A stretch of DNA of 64,000 nucleotides from Ruditapes philippinarum (lineage: Eukaryota): assembly GCF_026571515.1 (NCBI RefSeq), contig NW_026857281.1, forward strand, positions 1-64,000, given 5' to 3'. Positions within the stretch are counted from its first letter, which is position 1; every line of letters begins with the position of its first letter. A program made the translations under genes and the position numbers. A model generated the notes under the pieces. It was not told the DNA's origin and did not search any database. It worked only from the letters and a program-made list of their open reading frames with translations. Shown here in pieces: positions 40,701 through 53,324 of this stretch.

Positions 40701-43700
40701 TATCTTCTTATATTCTTTCTATATTATCATCAAGTAATTCAGCAATGTCATACCGAATCTCCCTATATTGTCTGGTTCAAGAATTTATCTGGTTTCCAAT
40801 CTAAAATTACTACATGTATTTGCCTGCTTCCCAGTTGTACATTAATATATTTGTATGGTTCCCTGGCGGATGTTTTACTGATAAAACAGTGAGTGGAAAG
40901 GTATTCACAAATGCAAAATCGTAGGTAATGCGATTTTTTCTGGTCGTATTGAGATATTATACAGGTAGTAGACACAGTCAAAGAAATTCTGAATCACTTG
41001 AAAACCCTTATGTCCAGAAAATGGCACATTCGCCTTTTTTACTACACGTGAATATATTTTTGTCGTTGCAGAAAATTTATCAAATCTGCAAAGGATACGA
41101 CATCAAAAATAGCCATGTCGACTGATAAACAGAGAGAAGAAACAGAACTGCACAAGCTTCTGGCTGACTTAGAACAACAGTGGACAGACAACAAGACAGT
41201 GGATATAGCTAAAATCCTAACGAAGCAACTCTCTAGCTCGGATAATCCATTTGCTCTGGTTGTGTTTATATTAGACAATGCAAAGCAAACGCAAACTTTG
41301 AAAAACAAAACGTTATCATTATTTGCGCTGACAACCTTTGAACAATGGGTCAATGAACATAAAAATGGGATCGATTTTACTCAACTCCTAAGTAAAGATG
41401 TTCAATTGCAAATATTTACAATTTGCACAAGGCATCATACGAAACTATATGATTCTGCTATCAAGTGCTTCCAGCTCTCTCAAGTGAACAATGAGTTTTA
41501 CCTTCAAATTATTCGACAGTTCCTAGAAGATCATAAATTCCAAGAAGCAGCCTGTTGGACAAATAAACTTGGACTGCAACATTACTTCGATATTACAGAA
41601 ATCGTGCTACCACTGCTTGTAAATTGTGAAACGCTAGCTTTAGAAAATTATGTCCGTGGAATACCAGAGCTTCAAGAGAAACTTGTCCTGTATTTGGATC
41701 ATCTTTGCGATAAAAAGACGGACCTTGTTTCACTTAAGCAATATATACTAATAGATGGCGTCACAAAGAAGGATAAATTTGGGATAGGGTATCTTAAGAA
41801 GCTAGCTATCAAACTTCTCAAGTTATACGATATACCGCAAGGTAAATATTCTTTTTATGTTGGTAGGATAAATCATTTTTATGATAAATTAAGATATAAA
41901 ATTGCAGAAGATTCATTTGACGCTTTTAAGATAGATATTGGGGTTTTTTTTGACATGAGATTAACGTTGAGTGATTCAATGTATCATCTTAACGCTGTGA
42001 CATTCATAGCAGTTATAGCCATAGCTTCTGTAAAATTATGAGTTTTACACTTAACGTAAAATTTGTAATATTTGTAATTGTAATATTTTTAATTCCCTAA
42101 AAAGACGTTTGACGGGAAGTTTGACCGTTTATCTAAGAATTTTTCGAATTGTCAATTTATTTGTTGAATTCTCTCATATATAGGAGAATCTAAATTTATC
42201 ATTCATCTCTGTCGGTTGGTTGATGTTGGTTGATTTTCAATTTCATTTTGATCTCTGGTAGAAAATTATCCATTTCTTGTTCACCTATATTGTTAAGTGG
42301 GATAAACAATTTCTTCCTGGTCTCTTTTGTACTCTTGGTGGAAACTCAAATTCTTGTTGAACTAGGTGAATGGTTAAGGTGTATTTTCTCGTTGATCTCT
42401 TTTGTATGTTAGGAAATTATCAATTTCTTGTTGACCTCCGTCATACATTTTGGAATTATCAATTTATTATTGACCTCTGTCATGCGTCGAGGAATGAACA
42501 ATTTATTATTAAGCTCTATTACATGTTTGGGGATTGTCAATTTCTTTTTTATCCGTGCCGTATGAATGGGAATAAATGTACCTTGTTGTTTAGTTGCACA
42601 CTCAGCATAATTTAAAGAATTTTTGGGATGTTATTTGGTCCAGTGAGTATACCATTACTTGCTGTGCGGTTGTCTGGGTCTACTTTTACTTCACGACTGC
42701 ATCATATTTATTACTATTTCTCTTCTTTTCAGAAAAATGTCCAAATATTGCTAATGCAATAGCTGACGGAGATATAAGATATGTAGTTATTTCTAGATTT
42801 GTCGAGGTAAGAAACCTTTTGTAATTTCTAGAAAATGTTACTGTTTGCCAGTGTGAAAATACACCATTTTAAAAGTTTGTTAAAGGTAAAACTCAGTGGA
42901 CAGTTAGCATTTTGATTTCCGTAATAAAATTATTGTACAAAGCACTCTGTAATACAAGCGTGGGTAAATTTAGTCATACTATTAATATATAAGGTCTCGC
43001 TTTTTTGCAATAAGCAGAATGCGCTTGCCTTGCACGAAATGCTATTTCCGTTTCTTATTTCGTATTATAAAATGATCTATATCATTAAGAGGCTGTTTAA
43101 AAAAGAAGTAGAAATGTTGGTATTTTTATTATTTTTTCGTCGGGCACAGTTTTAGAAAGTTATATATGCTAGATAAAATGTACATTCCTTATCTATGCTA
43201 AAATAATAGAATATCCATTTTTTCTTATAAGGTGCCTTCTACATTTTTTAATTTGAGTAGTTGTTCAGATTTATTTCAGATACATTTCCATTCAAGCAAC
43301 ATAAATGCGGTACAAATCAGATAGCGACTTTTTAACTTTATGACTGATAAAAGAATATTTAAATTTGTTTTTCATGAACCCTAATAAGAACTTATTCCGA
43401 ATACTTGAAATGTATCCAGCAATTATGTGAAAATACGAAAAAAGACTTGTATTGATTTAAATGCACAACTTTCGGGGTGATATAAAAAACCGAAATCCTT
43501 AAACATAGTACCTATTGCATGGTGTTATAGAAATATTGTAAGAATATTTTTAAAAATCAGAATGACATTGGCCATGACTGCAAAATGTAAAATAGTTTAA
43601 ATGTTTTTAAATCAGAAGGACATTGGCGATGTACTGCGGGAAGAGACGGTGCGTATGATTGTAGGAACAAATGCCTATAGGAAGAAACAATTGATTCTTC

Positions 43701-46700
43701 AACTCGTTGTCAACAACAAAGCTGATGAAGCTCTTAAATGGGCAAACAAGTTCAACCTTCCCGATGCTGAGTTACCTTGGTCTGTTAGAAAAGCCAGATA
43801 TAAACAAAAAGGGTATTTATCGTTAGAAAATAAGATGTAGCGGGCTCACTAGTTAATATGGAAATATTCACACTTAAAATTGTTGTCATATTGAGTAAAA
43901 ACATTTAATCTGTGTATAGACAGTGAGCTCGCTAATGAGTATAATCTGGAAATTTATGTAGATTTAGATATACTTTTGACTCCTGAAATCTGTTGGCTTT
44001 TTCCCTTTCCATGCCTCCTTTTCTGTCTTTGCATGATGGCATTATTAATCACGACGTAAGCATTATATTTCGTGTGCATATAAAATACCGGTTAATCATA
44101 TATGTTTACCACCAAAATATCGAATGGGTTGACACGAACATGAAATCAGCTTATAAGTTCAATAAATGTATAGTCTCCGAATTCCTCCCAAGGAGTGCAC
44201 GTCGCACAGAGGGAATACGGCAGGCCAAGGTCAAGTCATCCTAAATATCAGGGATGTTTGGTTTATTTTTCGTGGCTATCTCGAGAGTGTCTGGTCGTGC
44301 AATATGGTCGTTGATATGAAACAAAGATGCATTTAAGTATTGTCGAACTTTATAAGCACCATTACTTATTATTTTAAATTCAGCAAAATACACACAATTA
44401 AAGGGGAAGTCTTCCGAATCGTAAGGTCAAAAAAAGAGAAAAGCTATATGTACATGTATATTAAACCGTGAAAATATTGTTTTTCTTTAGATACGGGATT
44501 TTTTTTAACATCTTGCAGTATATCATTACTACTCGTGGCTACCGCCACTCATTTATTTTTTTTTTCATATCACTGGATGGTTACACCGTAACAAAGTTCC
44601 ATTATCTTTTATATACATATACATATATCTATTTTGATCAGGATTAATCAGAAAAGTCCAATGAAAGCTTCACAGTCTTCAACTTCCAGTTCCGGAGTTG
44701 GGGGAGCAGATACAGGGAGTTCTGATAGTGCCAACTATTACCATCTCAAACTTCACCCGGAGTGTTTAGTTATAGTCGACACGTTTGAAAAATATACAGA
44801 TTGCATGAATTACATTACGCGTCCGGAAAGTACTGTTGGGATAGATTGTGAATGGAGACCGTCATTTTGTGGGCATGATGAGAGGTAATGTGTATATATC
44901 ATCTGTTCAAAACAGGGTTGCTAAATCATGTTGCTTTGACAATCCATCAGAAATCTCTCGTCGTTGATAATGTTAATAGTTTAGCCTCCTTATCAGCAGT
45001 AAGCCACATTGAATTGAACAGAGCCCCCTTCTATGCATTACTCAATGTAAGGAATTAAATTCATCAAGCGAGCATTATCAGTTTCAGGCTAAACGAATCC
45101 TGCGAATCCGCAAAATTTTTCCTTTGAATTTTTTACACAAGCTTACTTAAATTGTACCTAATTAATGCTTCACAGTCATTTAAAATTCAAATTTAATTTT
45201 ATTTAATGTCATTTAAAAGCTTTTTGTTCGGGTAAATTAATTTAAGTTGCCAAATATACCTTTGAACACATTGAAAGATTGATTTATTTAATAAAGTCAT
45301 AATATTCGTACATATGGAAATTGGAGTACGAAGCCATTTGCTCTGGTATGTCACAGATGCATTTGAAAAAAAAAAGGTTTCAGGCCACTAATAAAATTAA
45401 GATTCTATTTTATTTTATAATGCACCTAAATTTTTTTTAATTCAGAAATATGTACAAAATATCAATTTTTCGTAAAATTTACAGGCGAAATAAAAAGAAG
45501 CTAAAAAATACGAAGGAATAAACTAACATAAATTAAAAGTAAATTTGGATAATTTATTAATGATATATTTTCTTTTTAAATTAAATAAATTAAAACTATA
45601 TTCAAAAAGATCTGCTTAATACGAAACTTATACCAATAACATCATGTCTGATGTATGTGAAGCTTATTTTAAAGAGAATAACATTGTATTTTGTCGTGAA
45701 TCATGTCAAATGTAAGTTAACAATACATAATCACATATCATAAAAAGTTAGCAAGGGCATGGACATTTCTGAATCAATTTTAACAATTTATGAATCAATT
45801 TAATGTATAATCTAAACAGAATTTCGCACATAAACCCCGAAAAATGATTTTAAATTTATTTGTGTCACTTTAAGAAATTTACTGTTTTTGTTTCGCTACT
45901 TCAATTTGCTACTTCAATTTCAAAATAAAACGATCATAACGTAATCATATACTTTTCTACATATAGTCTCTCTTTGAATTTGTAAGATATAATCATATTT
46001 TGTCAGTTTTAGATTTTCATTAAAGTCAACAAGAAATAACACAATCTTTGCAAAACGTTTCAAACGTCATTAATATGTGAATGCAAATATTTTTTTTTTT
46101 TACTTTTCTAAAATACTATAATACATTTTTACATTGAATAATAGATCTTCTATTCAATAAAACCATTAAAAATATCATAATTGTATATATACAAAAATTA
46201 TATAATGTAAATCCATTGGTAACATTAGTGGCATAACAGTTTTGCGTATACATCGGTACCGTATTTTGTCTAAGGTTCTTATTGACCGGGTCACGTGAAT
46301 CAGTGGGCGGAGCGATCCCTTCTCTGGCGTAATGTCAATTAACCAGAGCGCTTTATGACATTTACTTTAAATATTAAGAAACTTTAAATTCTTTCTGTAT
46401 ATTTCAGAGCAATCTTACCTATCGAGAGCATTTCATGATCAATAACAACTAAAATCATCTTCACCGTCCGGGAATCGAACGCGAACATTTGGTTTCTACG
46501 AATTTTTACAACAGCTTACATTATAAACTATGTAGCCTACAGTCTTCGCTTTCACTAGAGTACTTGAAGTATTCAACATTTTCACGCACTTTGTTTTGTA
46601 ACTTCTTGATAAAAAGCATTTATGTGTTCTGTCGTTAAATGACATTTAGACGTGCTCAAATATTTCAGGGTTGCTTTGGTTCAATTAGCATTGAAAGAAA

Positions 46701-49700
46701 GAGTATTCTTGCTAGATATATTAGTTCTCCAGAAGCTATTCAGTGACGCAATATGGCAAAGCTTTGCCGAGTCACTGTTTTGTTCAAGCCATGTGCTCAA
46801 AATAGGTATGTCCAAGTGATGCTTTCTTGTATTTAGTGAATATGTATGTAAAACAAGCATAGTGTTTTCATCCTACAATAAATGGGTAAGATAATATATG
46901 TCGATTTTATTAATGCTGCACCTAAATTTATTTTAATTGAAAATAGTGTTACATACAATATCAATTTTTGACAGAAATTTACAGAGGGAAATAAAACAGA
47001 AGTATATAAAAATAACGTAAGGAAAAACTCAACATACAATTGAAAATTGTATCCAGATTTGAAGAGTAAAAGATTTATTATTTTTTAATATATTTTTGTC
47101 GTTTTTATCACATTGAAATAATTATTTTGAAAAATAAACGGAATTAGAGAATGGTCAAATGTTTGGCACACAGTTAATTATTGCTTCAGACTGAGATGAA
47201 AAATAAAATTTTCCTGGCAAACAAAGTGTTGATCACTGGCACGCCTATAATTGGTAAAACGGTTGGATAGTTGAAATCCAAAAGTTATTTTAAATAAGTA
47301 TTTTGTTTTGTTTTTGGTCAATAAGGTTACGGAATAACAGGTGATTTGAAGATGATTATGAAAACATTACCTTGTATGAGGGACGTCATGGCGGGCGTGA
47401 AAAGAACAATAGATATAGAACCCCTAGCTAAGCAGGTAATTTTGTTCGTTTTTTTTCATACCCAGTTGTTTCTAGTTGCGTAAAATAATAATATTTCATT
47501 AACCGGGTATTCATTCCAGTTGTCACTAACATGTGAATTTTATTTTGTTTTCAACGAAAAAAAAATGAATTTCGCAATATACTTTCAATTTTACCAAATT
47601 AGTCATTTACATGGCGAGAGGAAACAAATGACATTAAGCATATAGTTGCCAACATAAATTGTCCAATTGAAACACTTGCCTTACTGAAGTCGGAAGGTAA
47701 ATTTCCTTTTTGACAGATTAAATCAAGGTCTTTACAACCGAGTCATCCATCTGTCTTAGTGCAGTGTTATCTGTTTTTAGCTCATGCGTCATCTCAAACA
47801 CTAGGTCACAGGGCCCAAAATGTTTTTAACACTCTAGAGCCCACTGTTCAGGCCAAATATCCGGGAAATTTGTCAGTACAGTTCCAGGTTCCAATATGTC
47901 TCACCTCGGGAAGAAAAAGGTTTCAAATTGGATAATTCTCAGAAGATGTGTACTGATGATTTCTCCAACTAGGTTAAACAGCCCAAATATTGTTTACATT
48001 TGCACTATTTCAGATTTCGATATCAATTTAGCATTAAGGCATTAAATCTGTTTTCCATTCATACCTAACAATATGAATTGTTCCTTGTCATAAAAAGCTT
48101 CTGAATCAATTATCTGTTGACCGGTAAAAGGACCATTTTGGACCTCTTGGTTATATGCTTCCAACCACAAACTATTTTACAGGGCAAATGTCTAATGTCA
48201 TCTTTCTCATCAGATTGTGTTAAAAGAAGGAAAGACTCAGCCACATGCCGGTTCATCGATTGATTCAAAGCAAGACTGTACATTGATGGATTCAGAACAA
48301 GTTCATTCATCCATGGATTCAGAACAAGCCTGTCAATCGAATGAATCAGAGCAAAATTTTAGTGCTATTGATAGCAAAAAAGAAAATGAAACAAAACAAC
48401 TAGCTCACGTTGGTAAAAAGAAAGGCAAATCATCCAGTAAGTAGTTTCCATCCAGTTAAAATGTATATGACTTGTATATGTGTTAAGTTAATATCAAATG
48501 TTGAAATGTCAGAAGGGCGATTAAATAATTCACTGTCGACGATATGAACTAGTGGGTTGTTAACAAAAAGTTGATATATGTATGGTACATAGTCGCACAG
48601 CTGGGAACAATGGGGAAATGTAAAAGAAACTTTTCGGGCACTATCCCGTTTTATTATATACAATTTTACTGAAATATTTAGGGTCTCAGTTGGTCGAGTG
48701 ACAGACATAATTGACATTTTGGCAAATATTGTAATCATTGGTTGAATTTAGATAGCTTTGAACTGTAAATAAAATCCCTTTGTATATGTTTTAGGGAAAA
48801 GGATACCTTTTTTCAAAAGTAAAGTTTTTTACTCCACTATTGCTTTAAGATTATGTTGATGTGGTTTTCGTGTGTTTATTCCTATTGTTAGAAGCCATTG
48901 CGCCAACAGAGAAGGGTTTGAGCAAGATTGTGCGGTTATGTTTTGGTAAACCGTTAGATAAATTAGAACAATTATCGGATTGGGAAAGACGACCGTTGCG
49001 AGACCAACAAATACAATACGCAGGTAACAATAAATATTGATCTTATGAAAGAGAAACCTTAAGTCAATTGTAGCTTAGACTTCGTGCAACAAAAAACACT
49101 TATTTTCTATTTTTGTATGGACGCATTTTAAAATGAAATTATATTTTTAATAAGAAGACTTTACTAAGGGTAATTGTGACCAATAGTTATATTAAGTTAT
49201 TGTTTCTAATAATTACAATTAGTTATTTTTCCAAAAGTTATAATGATTTATTTTTTCAGAGTATATTTTTTCTGAAGTTATTTGAGTTATGGTTTCCAAT
49301 TTTATTTAATTAATTGGCATTTTCTGAAAGTAATAAAAACTAATTGTTAATTAGTTATTGTTCCTAATAAATACCGCGAGTTTATCTAGAATGCGTACTC
49401 AAATTACAGCTTCACGGCTTTTAAGTGTCTCCGAATGTATTTGTTTATCTCAAGATAAGTGTAGAAGTTATATGTGTCCGAAAGTAACGCATCGTAACAT
49501 GAACCCCTCAAATATAAGAATTATCCAGAGTACTTCTTGTGCATTACTTGCACTAGTAGTGAAAGCAGTGCAAATCATTTTAGAAGATCGCACTAATTTT
49601 GGAAATGGTACACTACCGATACAACAGAATATTTATAAGTTAATAATAACAAGCCTGGTTGCATGTAAATGCAATGAAAGAAACTACAATTCCATAGAGT

Positions 49701-50363
49701 ATATTTATTATACATTTAACGAGTAAACAAGTTTTATTTATATATAAATTATTGTTGTCAATCTAACATGACCGAAAGTTGTCAAAACCTCTTTAAGCTC
49801 TTGATGCCTATGTCTTGCTGGAAGTATATGAGGAACTGTTGAGATTAGCAAAGATTGAGAACCTTGATATTGATGTAGAACAAAACATTGGAACGACTTG
49901 GTTGAATCAAAGTAGATCGGAGAGACGCAAGACACTACATAGAGAAAGTCATTCACAGGTTTACCAAATTAATATCTTCAAGATTGTGTTGCAAGTCGTA
50001 CTATTTTTTCCAAATAGTTGATGTTATTAAAGTTCTTAGAAATATTCTCCCTTTTTTGAAAGATAAAATGTACATGTTCTATATTTCAAAAGATTCAATG
50101 TTTTAAAGATAATAAAAATGTTATTTGTCAAAATGATATTTTTGATCTTTTAATATGAAATGTGTCACAACTACATGCACTAGTGGAATAGGCAGCATTT
50201 TCATGTCATATGTGTAATAAGGATATTCATTTTTATTTCATTGCCCAATATGCATATTTAAAGTAAAGGACATTATCATTAAGTTAAAAGCTACTGTACA
50301 TTTCAATTTAAACATCGACTTGTTTTTCTTCAGGCAACAGACAAGGGGTCACCAAGAAAATGA
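34777..50363 (+). CDS. EXD3: EXD3/Mut-7/Nibbler-family DEDDy 3'-5' exoribonuclease; exons 34777-34793 (putative), 41072-41841, 42733-42806, 43616-43812, 44642-44884, 46669-46805, 47326-47435, 48214-48436, 48892-49023, 49798-49958, 50334-50363; 697 aa (677 aa from ATG 41115)
   Basis: All introns GT-AG with matching phases (2,1,0,2,2,1,0,1,1,0); summed CDS 2094 nt, open. Helical Mut-7-type N-terminus (KCPNIAN..IRYVVISRFVE), ExoI VGIDCEWRP, VALVQLA..RVFLLD, ExoII KIGYGITGDL, KGLSKIVRLCFGKPLDKLEQLSDWERRPLR, ExoIII QIQYAALDAY. Confidence 0.9.
37697..39348 (+). mobile_element. Non-autonomous foldback-type DNA element with long imperfect TIRs (more than 250 bp), CAA flanks
   Basis: ggtttgtatg.tattttg...catttcttaaggcaatgttt.tgacacac matches the reverse complement of the 39250-39348 region and similarity continues to caccgaacaaga; CAA at 37694-37696 and 39349-39351. 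Confidence 0.8.
38400..38580 (+). mobile_element. 5'-degenerate CORE-type SINE nested in a TIR element
   Basis: B box GGTTCAAACCCC, then CORE-like aaactttacactcattgctcagtactgg..ttccaggaac..ttcga, tail acacaatcgaact. Confidence 0.7.
41072..41841 (+). CDS. EXD3: EXD3-like large N-terminal exon
   Basis: ORF 41115..42041 up to donor CAA G|gtaaat. Confidence 0.88.
42733..42806 (+). CDS. EXD3: EXD3-like exon (EKCPNIANAIADGDIRYVVISRFVE)
   Basis: ttttcag| ... GAG|gtaaga. Confidence 0.88.
43616..43812 (+). CDS. EXD3: EXD3-like exon (KDIGD...EALKWANKFNLPDAELPWSV)
   Basis: aatcag| ... AAA GG|gtattt. Confidence 0.85.
44642..44884 (+). CDS. EXD3: EXD3-like exon with ExoI motif (GIDCEW)
   Basis: gatcag| ... 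GAG AG|gtaatg. Confidence 0.9.
46669..46805 (+). CDS. EXD3: EXD3-like exon (VALVQLALKERVFLLD...VLKIG)
   Basis: tttcag| ... ATA G|gtatgt. Confidence 0.9.
47326..47435 (+). CDS. EXD3: EXD3-like exon with ExoII motif (GYGITGDLKM)
   Basis: aataag| ... CAG|gtaatt. Confidence 0.88.
48214..48436 (+). CDS. EXD3: EXD3-like low-complexity insertion exon with 9-aa repeats
   Basis: catcag| ... TCC A|gtaagt; bridges phase 0 to phase 1 as required by its neighbours. Confidence 0.8.
48892..49023 (+). CDS. EXD3: EXD3-like exon (GLSKIV...LDKLEQLSDWERRPLRDQQIQYA)
   Basis: tgttag| ... GCA G|gtaaca. Confidence 0.92.
49798..49958 (+). CDS. EXD3: EXD3-like exon with ExoIII Asp (ALDAYVLLEVY)
   Basis: tttaag| ... 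CAG|gtttac. Confidence 0.88.
50334..50363 (+). CDS. EXD3: EXD3-like terminal exon (ATDKGSPRK*)
   Basis: Strong pyrimidine tract tgtttttcttcag|, phase 0, stop TGA 50361-50363, followed by AU-rich UTR-like DNA. Confidence 0.65.
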   Translation, partial: ATDKGSPRK

Positions 50364-50803
50364 CAATCTAATTCTACATGCTGAAAACCATTCTTGGGAC
50401 GGTTAAAAGGAATTTGTGCTTGTATGTCTTTTGTCCTCAACTTATGATAGAGGTGTATTTTGCTCTGATTAAATAACATATATAGATCTAATTAAAAACC
50501 AATTTAACAATATGAACAACCAAAGTGATTAATAAATTCAAATTTTATGTTTTAAGACTTTTGGACCTCAGTTGAGTTCCGCTAAATGAAACTTATTTAC
50601 GCTAATTATTGTACATCAGTATTTTTTTTCATTTATTTATTACTATATGTACTTTTTGTATATATTTACTTACTGAATATAGCATATATTTATAATCTCT
50701 TCTCATAATGGTGCAATGCTTTTGAAAGTACCTATATTAACATGACATGTTTCAGTTTATTATGTTATCATGATTATACGTATTGTGTATTTGCCTTTAT
50801 CTC

Positions 50804-50809
50804 AATAAA
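50804..50809 (+). promoter_or_regulatory. Candidate polyadenylation signal of the EXD3-like gene
   Basis: AATAAA followed by a GT-rich tract (tgtgtgtttt); alternative AATAAA at 50531. Confidence 0.4.
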
Positions 50810-52073
50810 ACAATAACGACATACGCTGTGTGTTTTCAAATATACTAAGACTCGAACCATTTTTATTAACTAGATAGTCTAACATAGTTGTCTATATTTA
50901 TCATATAGAATTATAGGCTAGATCCTTGTCTTCAAAACAAAGTTTATCATCGTCGTCCTCTTTCACAAACCTAACACCGCAGTCGCCGACCTGAACCTTC
51001 TTGCAGTCTTTTGGTAAACCAACTAATCGGGCTAGTCGCCATCCAAACCTACGATGATAAGATAAAGTAAAATATGTTAAAAAGCAATGCGGATAAAGTT
51101 TCATCCCTTGGAAACATGAACCACAAAAATATATGAAAATTTCAGAGTCGACTTTTTTTATTCTGTGCAACAGGAATAATGAGAAACATACCTCACGCCC
51201 CCTAGCAGCGGTTTGAGCGATACTCAATTATAAACACTTGTGTTGGGATCAATGATCCCGAAATAGACCATTTCAGGGACACTGTACACATAAATATCAT
51301 TGAGCAAACATTGACTTTCCTTGCTCCACTGAGAGGTTGGTATAATTCGGTGGCCACGATGTAGAGTAATAATCGGCCATATGCGGCATGAATATCTGCC
51401 CTAGGAGATAGGTAGATGAACAGTATAGCAGCCTAATGGCCTAATAACCTAACTGCATTATACACTATAAAGTACATTTTTTAAAAACTTTTATTCTTCA
51501 AAAACTTACTCGCAGACCGACATTCCGGATTCAAAGCACGTGATATTCAAGCACGTGGACGTTTGTATGTTAGAGCCAACTTTGACCTTGAATCCAGGGA
51601 ACTCCGGATGAACGCAGGAATTCTCGTCATCTGATAATAGAATAAAACAATGATCAATAAATAAAACAAATAAATTTGAAAATGAGTATGTTTTGAAAAT
51701 AAATCATTTTTAACGTAATAATAACAAACAATCCCACCGTTTAAAACGAGGGATATATTAATTTTATTTAGATATTCATAACTACATTTTTTCAGATGAA
51801 AATGGGTGGTTGTATTTCTGCTTATTTAATTGTTGAGATGATCCCTATGTCGTGACTAAGATAATAAAGGGCTTTATCTAAAAATAAAAAAAGAACTTAT
51901 AGACATATTCCGACATAATGTAAGGATAGAGTCAACAACTAGTCTAAAACTAATATGTAAGTGAGTCCCTTTTAACAGGATTTGCTAGGCCAACACATTA
52001 TGACTTGATAAATCTATGAGCAATCCCTTCTTGTAAAATTCGAAGAAGCAAAATAAAAGATATAGATCAAAAT

Positions 52074-52710
52074 ACGAGCGTTCTCTTACAATGATCATTT
52101 TATTGCGCACCTCTACGTATTTTGTATTAAGGAGCGTTCTCTAACGATGATCAATTTATAACGTGCCCCTACGAATTTATTTAAGTTTATCAAATTACGA
52201 GCGTTCTCTAAAAATAATCATCTACGTATTTATTTTAGTTTGTTAAATTACAAGCGTTCTCTAAGAATGATCATTTTATAACGTGCATCTACGTATTTAT
52301 TTTAGTTTATTAAATTACGAGAGCTCCCTAACAATGATCATTTTATTCAACACCTCTACGAACTTATTTTAGTTTGTTTAATCACGATGATCATTTTATA
52401 AAGTGCCTCTACGAACTTTAATCTTATTTTTGTTTGTTAAATTACTAGCGTTCTCTAACAATGATCATTTTATTGAACACCTCTACGTCTTTATTTTAGT
52501 TTGTTAAATAACAAGCATTCTCTTTATACAGTGATCATTTTATAACGCGCCTCTACGTATTATTTTAGTTAGTTAAATTACGAGCGTTCTCTAACGATGA
52601 CTATTTTATTCCGCAGCTCTACGTACTTGTTTTAGTTTAGTTACGAGCGTTCTTTAACTGTGATCATTTTATTACACACCTCTACAAATCGATCTTAGTT
52701 TGTTAACTAT
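52074..52710 (+). repeat. Minisatellite, about 10 copies of a 60-69 bp unit
   Basis: acgagcgttctctaacaatgatcattttata...ctctacgtatttattttagtttgttaaatt repeated head to tail. Confidence 0.92.
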
Positions 52711-53324
52711 TAATATGAATCAGGTAAAGCCTCAAATCTTGCTCTTTGGCAGAAATTATAGTACATTATAATTAAAACCCATCGGCGGCTACACATTTTA
52801 TGTGTTTAATACATTTAGAGCTTGCTATGAATGAGCCGCCTTTACTATCATTATAGAGCCGCGCAAACCTGAACGTCTGTACAGTATAGCCACGTGACTA
52901 ACTTCTAATTTTCATTTCTATTTTTTCGAGATTGATATTTGAAATTTCCAAAAAGAAATTATCAAGGAGAAGACATTTTAGATATCCATCAGTTTAATTG
53001 GTTAAGTGTGTAAATAAGATAAAAATAACTGCTGACTTACCACCTTCTTGTCTCGTGGAATAATGACATCCTGATTCCACTACAGTAACAACAATACAAA
53101 ATAATAACACAAGTTGTGTAGTTTTCATTTTGTTTTATTATCCACGGTGATAAATTGATAATATTACTGTTTTGTTGTGTTGCTCAATTTATATACATGT
53201 GTTTGTCCGATTAATGTCACATATGGGATTGTGTCTCGCAAATTTTTGACATCTGCTAACACTCTGTGCACAGATGGACGACCTGAGTGAGTTCACGAGT
53301 CGAGCGTGATTAATAGCGCAGTAA

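Noticed and set aside
41842-42041. C-terminal part of ORF 41115..42041
   Set aside because: Intronic read-through; EXD3-like sequence continues at exon 42733 after donor 41842
46455-46505. tRNA-like B box on the minus strand (gttcgattcccgg)
   Set aside because: No matching A box or cloverleaf; probably a decayed repeat
8270-50363. Functional HEPN-like plus exonuclease gene cluster (RNA-defence system)
   Set aside because: The genes are divergent and more than 20 kb apart across TE-rich DNA; eukaryotic adjacency alone is not evidence without conserved synteny or co-expression
52074-52710. CRISPR-like periodicity (about 65 bp)
   Set aside because: Entire units are homologous with no unique spacers, there are no cas genes, and the context is eukaryotic
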